From Dehalococcoidia bacterium (GTDB lineage: Bacteria; Chloroflexota; Dehalococcoidia; DSTF01; WHTK01), in NCBI GenBank assembly GCA_009377745.1, contig WHTK01000013.1:1212-65211 (forward strand): a DNA stretch of 64,000 nucleotides, in the 5' to 3' direction. Shown in pieces: positions 30,312 to 37,506 of this stretch. The notes under the pieces are model-generated. The model was given only the letters and a program-made list of their open reading frames with translations. It made no database searches and had not been told where the DNA came from. Position 1 is the first letter of the stretch, and each line of letters begins with the position of its first letter. The position numbers and the translations under genes are program-made.

Positions 30312-31571
30312 TTAGTCGGCCATGATCGTGATATTAGCGCCCTGGGCCGTGTAGACCTCTTCCGGCATGTTCAGAGACGCGCCCTCGTCCGCCAGCTTCT
30401 GCTCGAAGAATTTGCGGATGTAGGGGTCCTCCATGTGATAGGGGATGGCGTTGCCGCCGTCGGTGATTTCGGCATGCTGACGGATCAACTGACCCTCTTC
30501 GACGAAGCCGCCACCACCACCGCCGGAGGCCGGGTTACCGGGCATGTTGCCGGTGTAGTTGAAGATGCGGAACGGGTCCTTACCGAAGGCAAAGTGCTGG
30601 TGGAACCAGTTGGCCGGGCCGGGAGCGGCGCTGATCATGCCGCCGGGCCAGTATTCCTGCATCCTCACTAGGTCACCCTTGCCGTTTTCCCAGGGGGTGA
30701 GGCCACCCTCTTCCTTCGGCCAGGTGAAGCTGTAGCCTTTGCCGCGCATACAGACCAGGACGGCGCCGGCAGCGTGGTTGTGGGCCTTGGCGTAGCGCCC
30801 GCTGGGGTACTCGCCGATCCAGCCCTGGATCATCGTGTTGCCGACCATGTTCGGCGCCACCCAGCGGAAGCCGGGGCCACGGTTGTTGTCCAGGGGCAGG
30901 TAGGTGGTGGAGGCGTCCGGGATGACGTTGGTCGTGATCTGCGCCCGGCCGCGCACCGGCTGGGGCTCGAAGTCCTCACCCGGCTTCCAGAAATCCTCCA
31001 GGTTGCCGCCGAAACGGTCCTCGAAGTTGAAGTAGTTGTCGAAGATGAAGGACTTGTTCTGGAAGGTGTTGATCATCCGCGGCGCCGAGTTCACGGCCAG
31101 GAGGAGTGCCGGACTCGAAGCCGTGTTGATGATCCGGAAGTTGGCGTTCAGAGGCACGCCAAAGACGCTCCACTGCTGCCACTCGAAGGAGGTCTTGGCA
31201 GACGCCCCTTCCTTCCAGACTTCGACACTGCCGCGGCCATCGAGGACGATGTAGCGCTCCTCGAAGAGGTGGCGCTGGGGGTTCAGGGCGCCACGAGCCG
31301 GCACCTCCACCACGAACATACCGGTGTCGTTGTTCGTGCCGAGGAGCTGGATGTAAGTACCCTTGCCACCAACACGCGGCCAGTCACCGCGCGGTAGGTC
31401 GCGCGAGTCCTTGATACCGATGCCCTTGAAGATCGGCAGGTTCTCTTCTTTCAGGAAGCGCTCCCAGGCCGTGGTCATCCGGACGGTATAGCTTTTCTCC
31501 TTACTCTCACCGTCCTTATGCCAGCCGGCCCGCTCTTCGCCCACCGGCTCGATGTACTGCTGCTTCGCCAT
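30312..31571 (-). CDS. bicupin-like protein of unknown function (two cupin-type segments)
   Basis: 419 aa; cupin-like His clusters (HNHAAGAVLVCMRGKGY; HQHFAFG); GGAGGAGG SD; downstream of Rieske oxygenase gene on same strand. Confidence 0.65.
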   Translation of the reverse strand: MAKQQYIEPVGEERAGWHKDGESKEKSYTVRMTTAWERFLKEENLPIFKGIGIKDSRDLPRGDWPRVGGKGTYIQLLGTNNDTGMFVVEVPARGALNPQRHLFEERYIVLDGRGSVEVWKEGASAKTSFEWQQWSVFGVPLNANFRIINTASSPALLLAVNSAPRMINTFQNKSFIFDNYFNFEDRFGGNLEDFWKPGEDFEPQPVRGRAQITTNVIPDASTTYLPLDNNRGPGFRWVAPNMVGNTMIQGWIGEYPSGRYAKAHNHAAGAVLVCMRGKGYSFTWPKEEGGLTPWENGKGDLVRMQEYWPGGMISAAPGPANWFHQHFAFGKDPFRIFNYTGNMPGNPASGGGGGGFVEEGQLIRQHAEITDGGNAIPYHMEDPYIRKFFEQKLADEGASLNMPEEVYTAQGANITIMAD

Positions 31572-31625
31572 GTTTCCTCCTCCTGAACGAACGTAGTTAT
31601 CGGCGCCGGGGCCTGCAAATTTTCG

Positions 31626-32900
31626 CTAAACGAGAGCCTTCATGTGCTCTTCCGACACTTCCTTCCAGTCGACCTGGGGGTCAACCACGAAGGCGGTGGA
31701 TCGCACCCGGTAAGCCTGCGGGTTGTGCGGCTGCACCGGCTCCTTGCCTTCCAGCATGTCGCGCGCCATCTGCAGCAGCGTCTTGCGAAACTCGATGATA
31801 CCCTTGTCCGCCGTCCCCAGGTGCTCTTCCCAGCGCGGCGATAGGGCGCCCATGCTCTCCTGGATCGAGCAGTCCTGCTCGCTTGTCCCCTGGATGCCGG
31901 TGAAGCTAGTGTCCTTCTGCAGCGGGCGGTCGATCAGGTAATCGTTCTCGATGTTGCGCACCGGGCGATAGGAGTTCGAGATCTTCAGGTCCCAGCGGCG
32001 CTCGTGCTTCTCCACCGAAGAGTGGATGCCGTAGCCGGCCAGCAGCGTTGCGATCTCTTCGTTGCCTAGAGCACGCGTCGCGTTCCAGGTAATGGTGTAA
32101 ACCCAGACGTGGTGGTCGTCCACCGGCACCCAGACGTGGCCGCTGATGCTGCGGTCCGGTGCGTCGTTGCTCGGGATCATAATCGTCCCCGGCACCATAA
32201 AAGGCCGGATGCGCCAGTAGTGCTTGCCCTCGGCCGTCACCCGGCGCGCCGCCTCAATGAAGCCGTAGTCGCGCTCCTGCAGCAGCGTCATCGGCGCCTT
32301 GTCGCCCGTCGAGAGGTTCTGCTGCTTAATGTTGTTGTTGTGCAGGTAGGAGATATGGCTGGAGTCAATGCCGCCTTCGACGGCCTGAGCCCAGTTGTTC
32401 TGCTGAAGTCGCTTGGTGACCAGGACGTTCTCGGTAGGAATGCGCGTCCACTCCAGGTAGGGCAGCTCCGGCGGCTCTTTCTCCGGCGGGCCCATATAGG
32501 CCCAAACGCAACCACCCGCTTCTTTCGTCGGGTAGGCCGCGATCTTGATCTTCTCCTTGAAGGCGGCCTCCAGGGGCTCATTAGGCATGTCCACGCACTG
32601 GCCGGTTACGTCGTACTTCCAGCCATGGTAGGTGCAGCGCAGACCGCACTCCTCATTGCGCCCCCAGAAGAGGTGGGCGTGGCGATGGGCGCAGTAGGCT
32701 GAGATCAACCCGACCTTGCCGTTCGTGTCGCGGAAGGCGAGAAGGTCCTCACCCATGATCCGGATCGCTACCGGCGGGCCATCCGCCGATGGCACCTCTT
32801 CCGAGAGGAGCACCGGCTGCCAGAAGCGCCGCAGCACTTCGCCCATAGCCGTGCCGGCGCTAACCCGGCAAAGAAGCTCTGTATCGCGTTCGCTCAGCAT
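31626..32900 (-). CDS. Rieske [2Fe-2S] non-heme-iron oxygenase alpha subunit, phthalate/KshA-type (alpha-only) family
   Basis: 424 aa; Rieske CAHRHAHLFWGR...GLRCTYHGWKYD, then G-x-C-x-DMPNEP; mononuclear-iron His/Asp region; AAGGAAAGGA SD. Confidence 0.85.
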   Translation of the reverse strand: MLSERDTELLCRVSAGTAMGEVLRRFWQPVLLSEEVPSADGPPVAIRIMGEDLLAFRDTNGKVGLISAYCAHRHAHLFWGRNEECGLRCTYHGWKYDVTGQCVDMPNEPLEAAFKEKIKIAAYPTKEAGGCVWAYMGPPEKEPPELPYLEWTRIPTENVLVTKRLQQNNWAQAVEGGIDSSHISYLHNNNIKQQNLSTGDKAPMTLLQERDYGFIEAARRVTAEGKHYWRIRPFMVPGTIMIPSNDAPDRSISGHVWVPVDDHHVWVYTITWNATRALGNEEIATLLAGYGIHSSVEKHERRWDLKISNSYRPVRNIENDYLIDRPLQKDTSFTGIQGTSEQDCSIQESMGALSPRWEEHLGTADKGIIEFRKTLLQMARDMLEGKEPVQPHNPQAYRVRSTAFVVDPQVDWKEVSEEHMKALV

Positions 32901-32934
32901 TTGTTGGTCCTTTCCTTCGTGACTTGGTCCTCCG

Positions 32935-34722
32935 CTAGGATGGTAGCTTTGACTTATCGAGCCAGAGGTGTGGGTAAAGCTCGGCCGCGGTGGCGCCGGC
33001 GTACTGGACGAACCAGCCCCGGTTGCCCAGGTACGGCCACTGGATCGCGAAGTCCATGGAGAGTCCGCCGACGGGCGCCGCCGGCATGTGGACGGCCATC
33101 TTGCGCTGGATCTCCTTGATCAACTCGTTACGCTTGGCGGAGTCGAACTCCCGGCGCTGCGCCTCAAGGAGATCGTTGATCGCGGTGGGAAGAGTCTCGG
33201 CGATGTAGGTCGCGCGCCCGTCCTTCGTGTACTTCGCCGCGAAGTGGGTGTCGATGTCCGGACCGGCCGAGGAAGGCAGCATCGCCAGGCCATCGAAGTT
33301 CGCCTTGCCGTTGAGGTACTTCGGGTTGTACTCCACGTCATAGTCAACGACGTTCGGCTTAATCGTGATGCCGCCCTGGCTCAGCATGTCCATCAGGACT
33401 TCGCCCTGCTTTGGCCAGGCGCTGCTGTAGCGGTTGGTTGCGAAGTAGCTGAAGTCCGATGTCAGGTTCGCCTGCGAGGCGGCGCTCATGAGCTTTTTCG
33501 CCTCGGCGATGTCGTACTGGAAGAACTTGGCGCCTTCACCCAGCTCTTTCTGGTTGCGCTGAGGGTCGATCCAGCGTCCCTCCTCGCCGGCCGAGATGTG
33601 GGTCGCCCAGCGCGTCTCCACGTCGAAGCCCTGGTCCCGGAAGACCGACGGCGCGAAGTTCAACTCGATCATCGCATCACGGTCGAGCATCATCGAGATG
33701 GCCTGTCTCACCCGCTGGTCGCGGAATGGCGAGTCGGGCTTCCAGCCGTAGACGACGACTTGCGGCGGGTTGCGGGAGAAGGCGCCGGCAGACAGAAGCT
33801 CCATCTGCGGATTGCGCTTCTTGACGTCGATCATATCGAACTGGTCGACATCGAACTCCCAGATGTTGCCGGCTTCGAACTGAGACAGGCCGGTCGCGTA
33901 CTCGGTGATGATCGGCCGGCTGATGCCGTCCAGGAACGGCCGATCCTTGACGTAATAGTTGGGGTGCTTGACGAACTGGTACTCAGCGCTGGGAGAGTAC
34001 TTTTCCAGCAGCCAGGGACCGCTGCCGCGCATATCCTGCTTGGCGTTGAACTTGTCTTCAGCCTCCGTGGGCTGGATCACCAGGTACCAGTGATAGCCCA
34101 GCATCGGCAGCAAGGGCGAGTAGGGGAACTTCAGTTTCGCGACGATTGTTTGCTGATCCGGCGCCGTCATCGAAATTATCGGCGCCGTTGGATTGGCTTC
34201 GTTCGCCAACACACCGCGGGTGCCGGCGAGGGTTGAATACTGACTCCAGCTGTACATGACATCGGCCGCGGTCAGGTTCTTGCCATTGGTCGGCGGCCGA
34301 GGATCGAACTTCATCCCGGGGCGTAGCTTGAACGTGACCGATAGCCCGTCGCCGGCAACCTCCCAGCTCGTGGCCGCGTCGCCTTCGACCTCGCCCGTCG
34401 GCCTGTTTTCCTGCGTCCCGAGCTCGTACTTCAGCAGGCGGCTCAGGGAGTAATTGGAGATCGCCGGTACGGTGGAGGCGGCCTGAGTGAGAGGGTCGAA
34501 TCCCGGCGAGTCCGAGGAGACGAACGACTTCCAAGTGCCGCCAGGCGTCGCCTTGGGCGTGCTGTCCTTCACGACGCCGAGCAAGCTGGTGGAGTCGCTG
34601 CCACCCTCGTCGCCACCGCCGCAAGCAGCCAGTAGAGCCGCAGCGCCGACGCCGGCGCCAACGCCCGCCAGAGCTCGCCGCCGCGTAATCCGCCTGTTCC
34701 GGTAAGAGTCCCAGTAAGACAC
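32935..34722 (-). CDS. family-5 solute-binding lipoprotein with Tat signal, paralog
   Basis: GTG start at 34722 (VSYWDSYRNRRITRRRALAG...LLAACGGG) with GGGGG SD, chosen by similarity to the N-termini of the paralogs; ORF caller extends to 34812. Confidence 0.75.
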   Translation of the reverse strand: MSYWDSYRNRRITRRRALAGVGAGVGAAALLAACGGGDEGGSDSTSLLGVVKDSTPKATPGGTWKSFVSSDSPGFDPLTQAASTVPAISNYSLSRLLKYELGTQENRPTGEVEGDAATSWEVAGDGLSVTFKLRPGMKFDPRPPTNGKNLTAADVMYSWSQYSTLAGTRGVLANEANPTAPIISMTAPDQQTIVAKLKFPYSPLLPMLGYHWYLVIQPTEAEDKFNAKQDMRGSGPWLLEKYSPSAEYQFVKHPNYYVKDRPFLDGISRPIITEYATGLSQFEAGNIWEFDVDQFDMIDVKKRNPQMELLSAGAFSRNPPQVVVYGWKPDSPFRDQRVRQAISMMLDRDAMIELNFAPSVFRDQGFDVETRWATHISAGEEGRWIDPQRNQKELGEGAKFFQYDIAEAKKLMSAASQANLTSDFSYFATNRYSSAWPKQGEVLMDMLSQGGITIKPNVVDYDVEYNPKYLNGKANFDGLAMLPSSAGPDIDTHFAAKYTKDGRATYIAETLPTAINDLLEAQRREFDSAKRNELIKEIQRKMAVHMPAAPVGGLSMDFAIQWPYLGNRGWFVQYAGATAAELYPHLWLDKSKLPS

Positions 34723-34957
34723 GATACCCCCTCTATGAGCTAATAAGATTCGGCCATATCTTAGCTCAAAGGAGCGCGGTTTGGCGCGGTTTGCGGAATA
34801 GAGTTTCCGCATCTTCCTGGGAGCGGTGCAAACTCGTCGCCGGGCGCACCTTTAGCTTTCGCGTCTGGACGGGCGTCCCCGCCGCGATTAAGATCGCCGC
34901 GGACATCTCGCCAACAAGGCGCATCGAAGCGTTGAGAAGGGAAAAAGGAGACCTCTT

Positions 34958-35779
34958 ATGGCACTACCGCTTGAGGGCAAAGTTGCAATCGTTACCGGAA
35001 GCTCGCGCGGCATCGGCAAGGGCATTGCTGTCTGTCTGGCCGAGGCCGGCGCCGACATCGCCGTCTGCGCGCGCAGCGACGATGCTGCCGCCAATCCCCT
35101 GGGTTCGATCAACAAGACAGCCGCCGAAATTCAGGCCCTCGGCCGCAAGGCCATCGCCGTCAAGCTGGACGTCACCAATGATGACCAGTGTCGCGCCGCT
35201 ATCGACCAGATCCAGCGCGAGCTTGGCCGCGTCGACATTCTGGTTAACAACGCTGCCCGCATGGGATTCGGCGGCGGCGACTACTGGGGCAGCACCCCGG
35301 ACAACATCGATGCCTACTACCAGACCAACCTGCGCGCGCCCTACTTCCTGACGCTGCTTGTGGCGCCAATTATGGAGGCCCAGGGTGGCGGCGCCGTCTT
35401 CAACATCACGTCCGGCGGCGCCAACCTGCCTGCACCGCCCAAGGCAGACTTCAAGCTCTCAGCCGGACGCACCTACGTTGGCTACGGCATCACCAAGGCG
35501 GCGATGAACCGCTGGGTGACCGGTGTAGCCGGCGAGCTGCTGCTCCATAAGGTCGCGATTGTCGCCGTCGATCCCGGGCGCACGGTTGTCGAGCGCAACC
35601 TCGTCACGCCTGTCCCCGGGGTTGACTACTCCGACGCCAACACGCCCGAGACCAGCGGCCGCGCCATCGCCTTCATGGCCCAGGACCCGATGTCCTTTAC
35701 GGGCAAAGTCGTGGTCTCGAAGGAGATTGTCGACCAGAACAAGCTGGAGATGACCGGACGCATGCCCAGCCTCGAGTAG
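34958..35779 (+). CDS. short-chain dehydrogenase/reductase
   Basis: 273 aa; TGSSRGIGKGIA, NNAA, YGITKAA; paralog of the frameshifted SDR at 48549. Confidence 0.85.
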   Translation: MALPLEGKVAIVTGSSRGIGKGIAVCLAEAGADIAVCARSDDAAANPLGSINKTAAEIQALGRKAIAVKLDVTNDDQCRAAIDQIQRELGRVDILVNNAARMGFGGGDYWGSTPDNIDAYYQTNLRAPYFLTLLVAPIMEAQGGGAVFNITSGGANLPAPPKADFKLSAGRTYVGYGITKAAMNRWVTGVAGELLLHKVAIVAVDPGRTVVERNLVTPVPGVDYSDANTPETSGRAIAFMAQDPMSFTGKVVVSKEIVDQNKLEMTGRMPSLE

Positions 35780-35850
35780 GCATCTTCACGGGCAAAGAGA
35801 AGCGACAGGGCCGGTTATGGCCCTGTCGCTTCTCTTTGTGGTTGGCTTGC

Positions 35851-36183
35851 TTACCCGTTCGCCTTCGGCTCGAACTCCGTGATCAGCAGCTGGGCGCGGC
35901 TGCTGCGGGCGGCCTCGTCCTTGATCGCCTCGAAGATGACCTTGTTCGGGCCAAGCTCGTGGATCTTGTGGCCGGTGTTGGCCTTGTGCTTCTTGATTTC
36001 CTCTTCCAGGTTGTCCGTCTGGCCGATGAAAATCATGTCACCGCCGTGATCCGTAATGCCATAGACGCCGCCAATGGTGGGCTGATCGCCTCCAAAGGGG
36101 AAGTTGTACGAGTTCGTAAAAGGCATCATGACCTCCATCGCTATACCCCGCTTGGGGCTCCCGTGTTCTACGGGGGCGATCAT
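35851..36183 (-). CDS. small free-standing GIY-YIG nuclease-domain protein
   Basis: 110 aa; GVYGITDHGGDMIFIGQTDNLEEEIKKH fits GIY...YIG...N/E spacing of GIY-YIG domains; immediately downstream of nrdB on the same strand. Confidence 0.5.
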   Translation of the reverse strand: MIAPVEHGSPKRGIAMEVMMPFTNSYNFPFGGDQPTIGGVYGITDHGGDMIFIGQTDNLEEEIKKHKANTGHKIHELGPNKVIFEAIKDEAARSSRAQLLITEFEPKANG

Positions 36184-36247
36184 AAACTCCGCGAGAATAA
36201 TGTCAAGGCAAATCCCGCCATTGAGCCCGTCAATCTAGACTTCCCCC

Positions 36248-36294
36248 TGTCGTTGCGAGCCATCGGCGTCAGCCGAGGCGTGGCAACCTTTGAC
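36248..36294. repeat. 47-nt imperfect-palindrome interspersed repeat, copy A (TGTCGTTGCGAGCCATCGGCGTCAGCCGAGGCGTGGCAACCTTTGAC)
   Basis: Near-identical copies at 41697..41743 and 45521..45567; all sit just 3' of a gene. Confidence 0.8.
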
Positions 36295-36340
36295 CGCCCG
36301 TTCGCTGATTGTCCACCGAGATTAATGAGCGGTGCTTGCC

Positions 36341-37300
36341 CTAGAACGACATGTCCAGCCGCACTTCGCCCGTCACCCCAACCTGATAGGCCGAGACCCG
36401 CCGCTCGAAGAAGTTGGCCAACTCCGGCACGTCCTGCAGGTCCATGAACGCGAACGGATTACGCGCGCCGTATCGCCGCGCCAGCCCCAGCGTAGTCAGG
36501 CGCTGGTCGGCGCAGAACTCCAGGTACTGCCGCATTGAGGCCGGGGAAAGCCCGGCGACACCGCCACCCAGCAAGTCCTCCGCGAACGCCGTCTCGCAGA
36601 CGATGGCGTCCTCCATCATGTCGTAGATGGCCTGGCGCATCTCCTCATCGAACAGCTCCGGCTCTTCCTGCTGAACTGTCTTGATCACTTCGAAGGCGAA
36701 GACCATGTGGCAGCTCTCGTCCCTGAACACCCAATTCGTGCCACCCGCGAGGCCGTGCAGCAGCCCCCGCGACCGCAGAAAGTAGACATAAGCGAAGGCA
36801 GCAAAGAAGAACAGACCCTCGGTGCAGGCAGCGAAGCAGATCAGGTTGAGCAGGAACTGCCGCCGCTCCTCGCGCGTGTTCAGCTGCTCCAGTCTGTAGG
36901 TCGAGTCCAACCAGCGCAGGCAGAAGTCCGCTTTGCGCTGGATCGAGGGGATGTTCTCGATCGCCGCGAAAGCCCGGAATCGCTCCTCCGGGTCGGGGAC
37001 GTAGGTGTCGAGCAGCGTCAGATAGAACTGGATGTGCAGCGCCTCTTCGTAGAGCTGCCGCGAGAGGTACATCCGCGCTTCCGGCGCGTTGATGTGCTTG
37101 TAGAGGTTCAGCACCAGGTTGTTCGAGACAATCGAATCTCCGGTGGCGAAGAAGGCGACCAGCCGGTGCACCAGGTGCCGCTCCGCATCCGTCATCTTCT
37201 GGCGCAGGTCGCCCACATCGGTCGAGAAGTCCACCTCCTCGACGGTCCAAGTGTTCTTGATCGCCGACCGGTACATCTCAAAGAAGACCGGGTAGCTCAT
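36341..37300 (-). CDS. nrdB: ribonucleoside-diphosphate reductase class I beta (R2) subunit
   Basis: Ferritin-like diiron R2 sequence from MSYPVFFEMYRSAIKNTWTVEEVDF...; ORF caller's 72-aa N-terminal extension translates an intergenic repeat and is rejected. Confidence 0.85.
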   Translation of the reverse strand: MSYPVFFEMYRSAIKNTWTVEEVDFSTDVGDLRQKMTDAERHLVHRLVAFFATGDSIVSNNLVLNLYKHINAPEARMYLSRQLYEEALHIQFYLTLLDTYVPDPEERFRAFAAIENIPSIQRKADFCLRWLDSTYRLEQLNTREERRQFLLNLICFAACTEGLFFFAAFAYVYFLRSRGLLHGLAGGTNWVFRDESCHMVFAFEVIKTVQQEEPELFDEEMRQAIYDMMEDAIVCETAFAEDLLGGGVAGLSPASMRQYLEFCADQRLTTLGLARRYGARNPFAFMDLQDVPELANFFERRVSAYQVGVTGEVRLDMSF

Positions 37301-37379
37301 CGGCCGCAGCGTCAGGCAGAGGCCGGGGTCCAGCAGTCGCGCCGGCCGGCTGACTTGATTCCTTGAAGCCGCGTTCAGA

Positions 37380-37505
37380 TGCGCCGGTATCTCCTGCCCG
37401 TTTGCCAGCTTGCCAGTTTGTCCGGGGGTGGTAGGGAAGGGAGGTTGATCCTGCCCGGATGCTTGTATGCCCGTATGCCTGGGGGCGTGGAAGGGAGGTT
37501 GGGTC
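37380..37505. repeat. composite short-repeat element (inverted copy): tandem KGGCAWAC octamers plus C/T-rich tracts, between nrdA and nrdB
   Basis: Reverse complement reads ...CCAGGCATACGGGCATACAAGCATCC...GGACAAACTGGCAAGCTGGCAAACGGG, matching the element at 41551..41690. Confidence 0.7.
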
Positions 37506-37506
37506 G

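Noticed and set aside
32968-34236. 422-aa plus-strand ORF inside the SBP gene; likewise 28441..29145, 12009..12584, 14042..14710, 57755..58204
   Set aside because: All are antisense to well-supported SBP genes and have Arg/Leu/Val-rich compositionally biased translations.
36645-37366. ORFs antisense or out of frame to nrdB (36645..37250 -, 36707..37366 +), antisense to nrdA (37954..38850 +, 38911..39269 +), and the 391-aa extended nrdB call
   Set aside because: nrdA and nrdB are unambiguous. The extension is a translated repeat with no RBS; Met73 gives a canonical R2 N-terminus.
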